Sequence record: ON529850.1
Length of the DNA stretch: 64,000 nt
Direction: 5' to 3' (one strand)
The notes beneath the pieces were generated by a model. That model saw only the letters and a program-made list of their open reading frames with translations. It had not been told where the DNA came from and ran no database searches. Positions 1 to 8,175 of this stretch are shown in pieces (position 1 is the first letter of the stretch; each line of letters starts with the position of its first letter). A program made the translations under genes and the position numbers.

Positions 1-14
1 CCTGGGGTGGTTAT

Positions 15-54
15 CTCTAACTCACTCTTTCATGTTCCTTACAAAGTCCCATAA
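15..54 (+). repeat. 40-bp direct repeat, copy 1
   Basis: CTCTAACTCACTCT-N6-TTCCTTACAAA-N2-CCCATAA; 33/40 identical to 2469..2508. Confidence 0.85.
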
Positions 55-77
55 AGAGGTGGGTCCGTCCGGCGCAT

Positions 78-108
78 CAAAAAGCCCCCGCCGAGATTTC
101 GACGAGGG
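78..108 (-). terminator. intrinsic terminator after 135..1286
   Basis: GC stem with G-U pairs followed by U5 on minus strand. Confidence 0.6.
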
Positions 109-134
109 CCTCATGAAGCGGCGCTGCGTTTGCG

Positions 135-1286
135 CTACATGATCCAATCGTCGCTGAGCGACGGGACCTCCAGCAGACCCCGCGACATCGCCACCGGGCA
201 GATCGACAGCGCTTCGGCGATCGCCGTATAGAAGGAGAGCGGCGCGTTCAGATGCGTGTTGACGCCATACATCCCTTCACCGCCCGCTTCAAACCGCTTC
301 ATCAGGTCGACCAGGTATTGTTCGCCCAGCTCGTCGTCCTCCCGTTGCCGGCGATAGGCGCCGACGTCTTCCGGCGACGCGCCCTGGGCCTTCATCTCTT
401 CGATGTGGGCCGCCGTCTCAGCGCTATACCAGCTGGTGAGCTCTCGGGCGATGCGCGGCCGGCGCGACAAGTCCAGCAGGGCCGCCGCCACCTTCGGGAT
501 GCGCACGAAGTCTCGCAGATCGCGGAAGCCGTCGCCCCGCGCCCGGCGCGCCGCCTGGACCACCGACCCGACCCGCGTGAAGTGCTCGTCGCGTTCGTCC
601 ATCCAGCCGCGCTTGACGCCGAAGTCCAGCTGCGTCGCCTTGATGACCAGGCCGGCGAAACGGCCGCGCAGGGGCAGGTTGCGAATCTCGTCGATCGGCA
701 GATTATACCAGCCACGCAGCAGATAGTCCTGGCGCACCTTCTTCGAGTTGACCAGCACGCGCAGGATCGCCTGATATTCCGACGTGTCGTTGGGGGAAAC
801 GTCGGTGTGCAGGTCTCGCAGATCAGCGTCGGTTTCGCGGTCGTCTCGCGCTCGCTGACGCCGCGCCCGGATGGCGTTGACGTCCTTGCCCCGCGCCCGC
901 AGGCCGTAGGCGTCCATGATCTCGCTGAAGCGGGCGAAACCACCGAGAGAGCGCAACACGTCCAGGACGCCCTCCTCGTTGGCGTGAAAGACGCTGACGC
1001 CGCGACGATGATAGCCCGGCGACACCTCGAACAGGCCGCGCTCGCCCTCGACCCGGCGCAGGGTGCCGCGCTTCGCCATGTTGAAGAGGGTCTGACCGAG
1101 AATCTTGCGCTTCTCCTTGGTGTCCCACTCCATACCGATGGTGCTGATCAGAGAGTTCATCGACGCCTGACCTTGCAGCTGGACCGCCTCGACGATCGCG
1201 ATCTTGAAATCGTCCTGCCCCACCAGCTTCCCTTTGATCGTCTTGGGGGTGGTGTCGCCGCGTTTGCCGTGATTCTGGGCCGTCAT
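135..1286 (-). CDS. hypothetical protein, probable winged-helix DNA-binding domains
   Basis: 383-aa ORF with upstream SD; wHTH-like segments (TLFNMAKRGTLRRVEGERGLFEV; RVLVNSKKVRQDYLLRGWYNL). Confidence 0.75.
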   Translation of the reverse strand: MTAQNHGKRGDTTPKTIKGKLVGQDDFKIAIVEAVQLQGQASMNSLISTIGMEWDTKEKRKILGQTLFNMAKRGTLRRVEGERGLFEVSPGYHRRGVSVFHANEEGVLDVLRSLGGFARFSEIMDAYGLRARGKDVNAIRARRQRARDDRETDADLRDLHTDVSPNDTSEYQAILRVLVNSKKVRQDYLLRGWYNLPIDEIRNLPLRGRFAGLVIKATQLDFGVKRGWMDERDEHFTRVGSVVQAARRARGDGFRDLRDFVRIPKVAAALLDLSRRPRIARELTSWYSAETAAHIEEMKAQGASPEDVGAYRRQREDDELGEQYLVDLMKRFEAGGEGMYGVNTHLNAPLSFYTAIAEALSICPVAMSRGLLEVPSLSDDWIM

Positions 1287-1377
1287 TGTTCGTCCTACGG
1301 AGGGGATTTGTTGCTAGTATTTTATGGTAAAAAGAGGAAAGGTCAACAAAAGACCACCGCCACTGACTCTTTTCCTG

Positions 1378-1434
1378 TCACTCGGAGCTGCGCTCCTCGT
1401 GCCCGGCTCCGCCGGCGGAACCTTCGGTCGGACC
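1378..1434 (+). repeat. tri-hairpin dispersed repeat, copy 1
   Basis: TCACTCG-GAGC(TGC)GCTC-CTCGTG-CCCGGC(TCC)GCCGG-..ACC(TTC)GGT-CGGACC. Confidence 0.9.
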
Positions 1435-1534
1435 ACCGCCACCAGCGTGCTTGACCACCGCCAGGGCGTCATAATGGACCACCGCCTGTAACGACGAAAC
1501 GGACCTATGCCGGGCAGCACCACCGCCTATAGAT

Positions 1535-1577
1535 CGAAACGACCGAAACGCCTCCCCAGGGCGAAACGACCGAAACG
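1535..1577 (+). repeat. 16-bp direct repeat pair CGAAACGACCGAAACG
   Basis: exact copies at 1535..1550 and 1562..1577. Confidence 0.85.
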
Positions 1578-1629
1578 GCCTCCTCTACTTATCTTCACTC
1601 TAATCCGCCTATAGAATGAAGTCCTCAGC

Positions 1630-1734
1630 ATGTCCGGCTATGTCCGGTTTCTCCGCCCGAAACGGTCTAAACGGTTGAAAACGCTAGACCACCGCCCTGA
1701 CGTGCATGTCCATCCGATGTCCGGCTATGTCCGG
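1630..1734 (+). repeat. 18-bp direct repeat pair ATGTCCGGCTATGTCCGG
   Basis: exact copies at 1630..1647 and 1717..1734. Confidence 0.85.
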
Positions 1735-1746
1735 ATTCTTCTGCAA

Positions 1747-1812
1747 TCACTCGGAGCTGCGCTCCTCGTGCCCGCCTCCGGCGGCATCCTTCGGACGGAC
1801 CACTAGCGTGAT
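1747..1812 (+). repeat. tri-hairpin dispersed repeat, copy 2
   Basis: same scaffold; middle stem changed compensatorily to CCGCC(TCC)GGCGG. Confidence 0.9.
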
Positions 1813-1864
1813 CCCTCTCTGCGGGGACGGACCCCTGACACGCAGCGGCAGCGCCACCGTCCTG

Positions 1865-1897
1865 TTGACCCGTCGAAACGATCGTTGTAAAGAAACG
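1865..1897 (+). promoter_or_regulatory. probable promoter with the 12-bp box in flipped orientation
   Basis: TTGACC then TGTAAAGAAACG 15 bp later, upstream of 1925 ORF. Confidence 0.5.
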
Positions 1898-1924
1898 CCA
1901 CCCCAATCGAAAAGGACACCCCGT

Positions 1925-2143
1925 ATGGACGCCCCTCAGTTCCGTCAGCTGTTCCGACAGTTCATCCAGCAAGAGACCCAGCAGGCCGACGCCTCGCTTC
2001 AGATACGCCTGCTTGAGGCGGAGCGGATGATGGGTGAACTGACCGACGCCCAGGTCGAGACGTTCGCGGCGCTGCTGCGCAAGGCGTTCCGGCGTGACTT
2101 CCAGGATGAGCTGCTGGAGATGCAGCCTGGGTATCCGCGCTGA
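1925..2143 (+). CDS. hypothetical protein
   Basis: 72-aa ORF, SD AAGGA. Confidence 0.75.
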   Translation: MDAPQFRQLFRQFIQQETQQADASLQIRLLEAERMMGELTDAQVETFAALLRKAFRRDFQDELLEMQPGYPR

Positions 2144-2169
2144 CGCGGCCGATCTGCCGTAGGGAGGGA

Positions 2170-2242
2170 TTACGCCAGTGATCCGTCCGAAGGACCCTAC
2201 GGCGGAGCCGGACACGAGCGCCGCGCGAAGCGCACGCGAGTG
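2170..2242 (-). repeat. tri-hairpin dispersed repeat, copy 3 (inverted)
   Basis: reverse complement matches the consensus, loops TTC/TCC/TTC. Confidence 0.85.
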
Positions 2243-2468
2243 GTGGATCGGAAGGGAGACATTGCCGGCTGACGCGCAGCGGCATCGCCTCCCCTCTTCT
2301 CTCCAGACGCTGCGGACGAACTGAGCGGGACGCCCGCAGCAGCTTCACCGTATGGGGCGGTGGTGAGTCTGTCAACACTTGCGGTCTGTCCGCTGTCCTG
2401 GGACCGAGGACACCTGTAAACATCGCTTTACACTAATCCGGCATAACGCCACAGGAAGGTGACATTCA

Positions 2469-2508
2469 CTCTAACTCACTCTCCTAGATTCCTTACAAAT
2501 CCCCATAA
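2469..2508 (+). repeat. 40-bp direct repeat, copy 2
   Basis: 33/40 identical to 15..54. Confidence 0.85.
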
Positions 2509-2669
2509 CCCTGTTCGGTGGTTGGTTTCAGACTCCGCCGAAAACGGCTACGCCGGGTCCTCTTCAGGTGGGCGGTGGTGTGTGGTGGCGTTATGGAGTC
2601 AGCGCCCGGCGTCTTGTCGGGGCGTCCTCGCTATGATAGTCGGCATTTCTGACATTCGCGAGGACCCCT

Positions 2670-2813
2670 ATGCCCCAGGCCGACGAACACGACCGCGCTG
2701 ATCCGCAGCCGCCGGAGCGGAAGCATGGCCCACGGTGCTGGGGCAGCACGTCCTTTTCGGACGAGATGGCGTATTGCTATTGCGGCGATGAACCGCCGGC
2801 GGACGAGGCGTAA
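2670..2813 (+). CDS. small hypothetical protein (47 aa)
   Basis: SD GAGGA; TAA overlaps next ATG; below ORF-track cutoff. Confidence 0.6.
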   Translation: MPQADEHDRADPQPPERKHGPRCWGSTSFSDEMAYCYCGDEPPADEA

Positions 2814-3082
2814 TGCAGCCCTTCACCTGCACCGCCCGGATCGCCGTCGAGCCCCACGTCGATCGATCTGCCGTTGAGGCGCTTTACCATCTCAAGGGTG
2901 AGTTGACGGAGCGGCTGGAGAAGGCGGACGCCTACCCGCTCAGCTTCGATGTGACGCTGACCGCGACCACCCGATTCACCGTTTTCGCGGCTACGCCGGA
3001 AGAAGCTGACGTCAAGGCGCTCGCGGTCGCGGAGTCGTTGGGGTTGGGGGCGGTGGTTGAGATCACGCCGGAGCGCGGCTGA
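2813..3082 (+). CDS. small alpha/beta protein, tandem paralog 1
   Basis: coupled ORF; FTVFAATPEEA motif shared with neighbours. Confidence 0.8.
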   Translation: MQPFTCTARIAVEPHVDRSAVEALYHLKGELTERLEKADAYPLSFDVTLTATTRFTVFAATPEEADVKALAVAESLGLGAVVEITPERG

Positions 3083-3086
3083 CGTG

Positions 3087-3350
3087 ATGAAGCACTACAC
3101 CTTCACCGCCCGGATCGGCATCAGTCGGAACCACGACAGCGACACCGCCTGGGCGTGCCTGCATCTGCAAGGCGATGTGGAAAGCCGGATGGAGAAGGCG
3201 CGCGTCGTCGGGGTTGTTCAGGACGTCGCCTTGACGGTGACGATTCGGTTCACCGTCACCGCCCTCACGTTGGCGCGGGCTGAGTTTCAGGCGAACGCTG
3301 TGGCGAAGACTTACGGCCAGGTTCTTTCGATCAAGCGGGAGCGCGTCTGA
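3087..3350 (+). CDS. small alpha/beta protein, tandem paralog 2
   Basis: aligns by eye to 2813..3082 (FTARI..; T.RFTV.A.T). Confidence 0.8.
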   Translation: MKHYTFTARIGISRNHDSDTAWACLHLQGDVESRMEKARVVGVVQDVALTVTIRFTVTALTLARAEFQANAVAKTYGQVLSIKRERV

Positions 3351-3877
3351 TGCGTCAGTTCGACTTCACCCTCTATGTCCGGTTCTCGGGTTGGCAGCGC
3401 TACCCCATGCTTCAGGTCGATCAACTCGAATCGGACCTGCCGCCAGGATTGGAGATGAAGGTCGGTTTGACGCCTGCCTATGCGGTCGCCTGTTCCGTCA
3501 AGGCGCCTTCCTACGCGGAGGCAATCGACCTGGCGGTCGAGACGGCCAAGACGCGCGGGTTCGGGGTGTCGCTGACGCCGGAGCAGGAGGCGGTTTTGCA
3601 CGACCTGGAGAACCACCGCCTGTTCATGGCGCAGCAGGAGCAGGACCCCGCCTGGCGTCGTGAGCAGCGTCGGAACAGGAACGAAGAGCGTCACCGCGCG
3701 ATGTGCGCCGGCGGCGTGATGGAGTCGTTCGGATCGCCGCTGGAGCAGTGGGAGTTCTACGCCACCTACTTCCCCATCTCCGAGATCGCGCTGTCGGAAC
3801 CACCGCCCGAAGACATGAAAATCGTGATCCCGTTCGGGAGCAGCTTGAACGGAATCGCACCACCGCCCTCCAAATGA
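3350..3877 (+). CDS. tandem paralog 3 with C-terminal extension
   Basis: FDFTLYV ... SVKAPSYAEAIDLA. Confidence 0.75.
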   Translation: MRQFDFTLYVRFSGWQRYPMLQVDQLESDLPPGLEMKVGLTPAYAVACSVKAPSYAEAIDLAVETAKTRGFGVSLTPEQEAVLHDLENHRLFMAQQEQDPAWRREQRRNRNEERHRAMCAGGVMESFGSPLEQWEFYATYFPISEIALSEPPPEDMKIVIPFGSSLNGIAPPPSK

Positions 3878-3893
3878 TCCCGTTCGGGATCAC

Positions 3894-3965
3894 TCACTCG
3901 CGCCTTCGGCGCAGCGTTCGTGCCCGGCTGCGCCGGCGCATCCTTCGGACGGATCACTGACGTAA
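3894..3965 (+). repeat. tri-hairpin dispersed repeat, copy 4
   Basis: loops TTC/TGC/TTC; lies between paralogs 3 and 4. Confidence 0.85.
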
Positions 3966-3997
3966 ACCTCCCTGACGGGATCGACGACACGGACCCC

Positions 3998-4225
3998 ATG
4001 CCCCTTCAAGATTTCTGCCTCTACATCGCTTCGCCCGAGACGCCTGAAACGATCGCCCAGGCTCTGTATGGCGTCGGCGCCGATGACTTCTATGTCGATC
4101 CGGCTATGCGAATCGACTTCACCCTGACCGACGAGAGTTTCGAGAAGGCGGTGATCCGGGCGCTCCAGTGGTTGTCGCGCAGCGAGGTCGAGCTGACCAT
4201 TCAGAGCATCATCAACCTGGGCTAG
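3998..4225 (+). CDS. tandem paralog 4
   Basis: DFCLYI..ALYGVGADD..IDFTLTDESFEKAV. Confidence 0.7.
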   Translation: MPLQDFCLYIASPETPETIAQALYGVGADDFYVDPAMRIDFTLTDESFEKAVIRALQWLSRSEVELTIQSIINLG

Positions 4226-4228
4226 GGC

Positions 4229-4480
4229 ATGCGGCTTCAGTTCATTCGCCTTTACGTCGAGACGCCCGCGTCGGAGCTGTCGCTCTTCAACTGCTTGAAG
4301 GCGGCCGGCGGCTACGACGGAACGATCACGCGCTATCGCGGTGGTCTCTACATCAACGCCAGGGTGTTGGGGGAGACCGTCGCCGATGCCGTCTCGGCGT
4401 TGCGGCGCGCGCTTGAGCAGAGCACCATCCCGATGGAGTTCATCGCCGACCTGACCCCGCCACGCGAAACGCCCCTTTAA
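4229..4480 (+). CDS. tandem paralog 5
   Basis: FIRLYV..LKAAGGYDG..VLGETVADAV. Confidence 0.7.
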   Translation: MRLQFIRLYVETPASELSLFNCLKAAGGYDGTITRYRGGLYINARVLGETVADAVSALRRALEQSTIPMEFIADLTPPRETPL

Positions 4481-4564
4481 GCGCTGCGCGCGGGTCCTCC
4501 CGGTCAGGGGCGGTGGTGACGCGGAGGTGTAATTCTGACATTGAATTCCGCTTTGACGTAATGC

Positions 4565-4593
4565 TTGACGTTCGGCGATGGTTCGCATATACA
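4565..4593 (+). promoter_or_regulatory. sigma70-like promoter
   Basis: TTGACG-N17-TATACA. Confidence 0.7.
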
Positions 4594-4599
4594 GATCAG

Positions 4600-4790
4600 G
4601 TCATGGGCTGCTACACGATCTCCCCTTGGGAAGTGCAAAAGAGCGGTCCTTCGATGCAGTATCTCGGGGAGAGAGACGGTTGTAAGAGCTCCCCGCCCAC
4701 CCTCTCCTTGGATGGGGGTCCACGCGTTATGCGGGATAGTCGAAAGACAAAGTGGGTATCGTGCGAGGGGCGGCTACGGCTGCCCCTTTT
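4600..4790 (+). ncRNA. candidate ~190-nt structured RNA or attenuator leader
   Basis: promoter upstream; closing helix CACGAT/ATCGTG; GTC-GAAA-GAC hairpin; terminator GGGGCGGC-TACG-GCTGCCCC-TTTT. Confidence 0.55.
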
Positions 4791-4816
4791 CGCATCCACG
4801 GGACGGACCTACCTCC

Positions 4817-5014
4817 ATGTCGACCCATTTCATGCTCCCGCTGGAAGATCGCCTTGAAACACGCGATCGCGCCGCTGCGCTCCTGGAACGGCATCGCCCC
4901 GAGATCGGCAAGCTGCTGGCGGACGTCCAGGCGTTCGCACAAGACATTCAGTGCGCCCTGGCGGACATCCCGAACGACCGGCTGCGGAATATCGCCTTGT
5001 GTTGCGATCGTTGA
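4817..5014 (+). CDS. hypothetical protein
   Basis: 65-aa helical ORF; weak SD. Confidence 0.6.
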   Translation: MSTHFMLPLEDRLETRDRAAALLERHRPEIGKLLADVQAFAQDIQCALADIPNDRLRNIALCCDR

Positions 5015-5045
5015 CAACTGACGTGGATTGCGTCATCAACGCCGC

Positions 5046-5228
5046 ATGACCTACAAGCAGAAACTTCTCGTTAGCGCCCTGCTCTATCTTACGGCCGCCG
5101 GCCTGTTCGGCAGCGGCCTCGGCTACACGTTCGCCAACGGAGAGGATCGCATCAGCCTGGCGATTCTGATCGCCGCCCTGGGGGTGCTGCTGACCGCGCG
5201 TCATCTGCGTCTGCGGTGGAAGCTGTGA
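5046..5228 (+). CDS. small membrane protein
   Basis: two hydrophobic segments; coupled. Confidence 0.75.
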   Translation: MTYKQKLLVSALLYLTAAGLFGSGLGYTFANGEDRISLAILIAALGVLLTARHLRLRWKL

Positions 5229-5407
5229 AGACGAAGACCGACAAGATCATCATCTGCACCGCCCTCTTCCTGGGACTTTCCGGCGTTATTATGGGCGCGG
5301 TTGACCTGGCGCGGACCGGCGACGTGAGTTGGCAAGCTCTGGTGATTCAGTTCAGCTGGCTCGCCGTCCTGGTCGGCTACAGTCTGATTCGATTGAAGCG
5401 CGCGTGA
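5225..5407 (+). CDS. small membrane protein
   Basis: GTGA overlap; two TM segments. Confidence 0.75.
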   Translation: MKTKTDKIIICTALFLGLSGVIMGAVDLARTGDVSWQALVIQFSWLAVLVGYSLIRLKRA

Positions 5408-5637
5408 TGGTCCCGGAGTGGATCACCGTCGTCTATCTGGTCGGCGCCGGCCTGACGATGCTCTTCATCTGGGCGCAGAACTTCTACACCGGATCGCGCG
5501 ACTCCGGCCTGATGATAGGCTTCTGGTGGTTCGCTATTCTGCTGGCGGTCCTCATCTATTGGGCCGCCCGTTGGCTTCGTCAACAACTCGACAACGCGCC
5601 TATGGCGGAGACCATGACATGCACCCGCTCGAACTGA
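5407..5637 (+). CDS. small membrane protein
   Basis: TGATG overlap; two TM segments. Confidence 0.75.
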   Translation: MVPEWITVVYLVGAGLTMLFIWAQNFYTGSRDSGLMIGFWWFAILLAVLIYWAARWLRQQLDNAPMAETMTCTRSN

Positions 5638-5867
5638 CCCTCCTCTGGTTGCAGCTGGCGTTCGGCGCCTCCAGCGCCGGTCTCGTCTTCCTGGCGGTGG
5701 CGCTCTATCTGCCGAAGAGCAACCGGTGGGGCAACCGCGCCGCCCTGGCGTGGGTCGGTTCCAATCTCCTGGTGCTGATGTGTCTCGTCTGCGCCGTCCA
5801 TGCGGCCTATCTGCCGGGCGGCTACGCCGAAATCCTGACGGCGCTGCAACGTGAGGGGCTCGTCTGA
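5619..5867 (+). CDS. small membrane protein
   Basis: two TM segments. Confidence 0.75.
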   Translation: MHPLELTLLWLQLAFGASSAGLVFLAVALYLPKSNRWGNRAALAWVGSNLLVLMCLVCAVHAAYLPGGYAEILTALQREGLV

Positions 5868-6070
5868 TGGCGACCGCTCTCGTCGACACCGCCTTCACCT
5901 TCCTCTGCGTCGCCCTGGGGGCGGTCACAGTTTTGATTTTCCTGCACCGGGCGAATCGGGGTGGGGTCAGCAACCGCGCCGTCCTGTGGTCGGTCTCTCT
6001 GGGTTGCACCGCCATTGGCGCCATCTATTTCATCGGCGCTATGGTCGTGCTGTGGCAGGGGCTCCCCTGA
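5867..6070 (+). CDS. small membrane protein
   Basis: TGATG overlap; two TM segments. Confidence 0.75.
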   Translation: MATALVDTAFTFLCVALGAVTVLIFLHRANRGGVSNRAVLWSVSLGCTAIGAIYFIGAMVVLWQGLP

Positions 6071-6261
6071 TGGCTCCGCTTGAAGAACTGCTGTGGATCG
6101 TCTGCGGCTATTTCGGTCTTGCGGCGCTGCTCATGACTTACCGCCTGACGCGCCGGCCTAAGGGGCAGGTCATGGCGCTGGCGGATTTGGTCGCCGCATT
6201 TTCGGTCATTATCGGCGCCGTCTATCTGGTGGGCGCGATGATCACGCTGCATTTCGGATAA
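6070..6261 (+). CDS. small membrane protein
   Basis: TGATG overlap; two TM segments. Confidence 0.75.
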   Translation: MAPLEELLWIVCGYFGLAALLMTYRLTRRPKGQVMALADLVAAFSVIIGAVYLVGAMITLHFG

Positions 6262-6305
6262 GGCGTCGGGTCTCCTCGGAGGCCGGGCCGGAATAGGTTA
6301 GACAC

Positions 6306-6527
6306 ATGTGGAAGACTGTAACCGACGACGAGAAGCCCGTTCTGGTGGATCGATTGATCTCTCGCGAAGCGTGGGATGCGGGTTCATCGCTGCACGTCGC
6401 GGAAGTTCATGTCGTTGATGTCGACGGGACCGTCTACCGATATTTCCGCGCTCTTTCCGACCTTACCGGGGTGTCGGTTAAAGACGAGATCGAACGCTGG
6501 GACGGTGTCCCTTTCTCCTGCCCATGA
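6306..6527 (+). CDS. hypothetical protein
   Basis: 73-aa ORF ending at terminator. Confidence 0.7.
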   Translation: MWKTVTDDEKPVLVDRLISREAWDAGSSLHVAEVHVVDVDGTVYRYFRALSDLTGVSVKDEIERWDGVPFSCP

Positions 6528-6558
6528 AAAAGGCCGCCCTGGTCGGGGCGGCCTTTCT
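6527..6558. terminator. bidirectional intrinsic terminator
   Basis: AAAAGGCCGCCC-TGGTC-GGGGCGGCCTTTCT between convergent genes. Confidence 0.8.
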
Positions 6559-6564
6559 GATTCT

Positions 6565-6738
6565 TCAGCGGTTGTGCTGGTCGATCCGCTCCTGGGTCCA
6601 GTAGCGGGGCAGGAACGCCAGCGGGATCAGGATGGCGGCGAACACGATGCCGACCAGGATCAGATCGCCCGTGCCGTCATAGACCTTCGGGGCGGGCGGC
6701 GCGACGCCGACGACGGCGGTGGTTTTGGTGGGCTGCAT
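6565..6738 (-). CDS. small single-TM protein (57 aa)
   Basis: hand-translated MQPTKTTAVV...LILVGIVFAAILIPLAFL. Confidence 0.65.
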   Translation of the reverse strand: MQPTKTTAVVGVAPPAPKVYDGTGDLILVGIVFAAILIPLAFLPRYWTQERIDQHNR

Positions 6739-6747
6739 GGGACTTCC

Positions 6748-7071
6748 TTAGTTGTTGAGCGGGGGCATGGGATAGCCGCCCGGCGTCGCAATGGCGCACG
6801 ACACGCCGTAGCCGTTCGCCTTGGCGGTGGCGGTGACGAACTCACGCCCGTTGACACGCAGCACGCCGAATTCACACGGACCTTGCGTGGTCAGGCGCTG
6901 ATACGCCCAGGCGTAGCTGGGGGTCGGCGCCGCCTGGGTGGTGATGGGGACTTCGACCGACGCCGGTTGAAGGCCGGCCTGACGCGCCCGGTCCCATTCG
7001 CCGGCGGTGGAGGGTTGGCAACCGGCGACCAGAATCGCGAGGCAGGCGGCGTAGAAGGGGGTGTGTTTCAA
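6748..7071 (-). CDS. putative lipoprotein
   Basis: TTG start with SD GGAGG; lipobox ILVAGC. Confidence 0.7.
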   Translation of the reverse strand: MKHTPFYAACLAILVAGCQPSTAGEWDRARQAGLQPASVEVPITTQAAPTPSYAWAYQRLTTQGPCEFGVLRVNGREFVTATAKANGYGVSCAIATPGGYPMPPLNN

Positions 7072-7235
7072 GGGGTCTTCCTCCAGTCCTTGTTGATGTA
7101 GCGTTCGATCGTCGTGAGGTTTTCCAAGGAGCGATCGCGGTTCGCCGGGCCGATCTGCATCCACAGCGTCTCCACCAGGGTGCGAAGATTGTCGATCGCG
7201 GCCTCGGCCTGGCGCTTGGTGATCTTGTCGGTCAT
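7068..7235 (-). CDS. small hypothetical protein (55 aa)
   Basis: coupled at both ends; SD GGAGG. Confidence 0.65.
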   Translation of the reverse strand: MTDKITKRQAEAAIDNLRTLVETLWMQIGPANRDRSLENLTTIERYINKDWRKTP

Positions 7236-7663
7236 GCCTTCCTCCGATTTACGAGAGCGGCTTCGGCCTCATAGTAGGCGTCGCACCTCACCCGCTCACG
7301 CGACAGCCTGTCGAGCAGATATTTGATCCAGACGCGATAGGCCCACGCGATCCTGGCGTCGGGTTGATCGGGTATGGTCCGCCACAGGGAAGCCAAACGC
7401 TGACGCTCCTGGGCTTCCTGCTTCTCTACGTCTTTACGCTGGAAGACGGGGACGTCTCGGCTGCTGATGAGGTGGAAGCCATCATCAACCACCGTTCCAG
7501 CCGCCTTCAGAAAGGCGTGCGCCCGAGAACCCGCGAACATGGTCAAGACGGTGTCCTTACCGCCGTAGCGGATGCTCCACCAAAACGCCGTCCAGCGATG
7601 GGAGCGCTTCGTCTTCACCGATGGGGCGACGTCGTCGTCGCTCTGCTTGAGGTCGAATTCCAT
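7232..7663 (-). CDS. hypothetical protein
   Basis: SD GGAGG; coupled. Confidence 0.7.
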   Translation of the reverse strand: MEFDLKQSDDDVAPSVKTKRSHRWTAFWWSIRYGGKDTVLTMFAGSRAHAFLKAAGTVVDDGFHLISSRDVPVFQRKDVEKQEAQERQRLASLWRTIPDQPDARIAWAYRVWIKYLLDRLSRERVRCDAYYEAEAALVNRRKA

Positions 7664-7674
7664 GTCTTCCTCCG

Positions 7675-8052
7675 TTAGCCGATATAGACGGGCGCGAAAT
7701 GGGTGATGAGGTTGGTCCAGGCGACCGGAGCGATCGCGTCGGCGCGATGCAGCTGCACCGCTCCCGTCACCAGCAGAACGTGAACCACCGCGTCGGCGCA
7801 AGGATTCGAAGCGCCGGAGACGTGGGCGATCCAGCCCTCCTTGTTGCGCTCGCCCAGGTAGACGCCTGCCGGAACATCGACGTCGCTCGCGATGAAGGTC
7901 ATGTCGCCGTCATAGACTGAGACCCCGATCGGCAAGGCCGAGTCGACCACCACGATGTGATGGCGTCGGGTAGTCTCCACCAGCAAGGCGTCGCCTTTCT
8001 TCAACAGACGCATCTGCGCGCCTGTCACTGTGTCGCCGGGGGTGAAGTTCAT
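7675..8052 (-). CDS. hypothetical protein
   Basis: SD GAGGAG; first gene after boxed promoter. Confidence 0.75.
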   Translation of the reverse strand: MNFTPGDTVTGAQMRLLKKGDALLVETTRRHHIVVVDSALPIGVSVYDGDMTFIASDVDVPAGVYLGERNKEGWIAHVSGASNPCADAVVHVLLVTGAVQLHRADAIAPVAWTNLITHFAPVYIG

Positions 8053-8082
8053 CGGGGCTCCTCATTCGTTGCTGAGACGTCG

Positions 8083-8109
8083 TGTAAAGAAACGCCGAAA
8101 GCACGTCAA
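8083..8109 (-). promoter_or_regulatory. boxed phage promoter
   Basis: TTGACG-N9-CGTTTCTTTACA. Confidence 0.75.
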
Positions 8110-8175
8110 GCGGGAATGTTGCGCGGCGTCGGAAATCGCGGCAATCAGCGACAGCTTTCTATGCTGAGGGGAATC

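Noticed and set aside
1962-2423. 153-aa minus-strand ORF (or shorter MPLRVS start)
   Set aside because: Reads through a tri-hairpin repeat and antisense into 1925..2143; composition looks non-coding.
3825-3889. 15-bp duplication TGATCCCGTTCGGGA in and just after the 3350..3877 gene
   Set aside because: Only two copies of a short self-complementary motif; could be a local duplication scar, not enough to call a target-site duplication.
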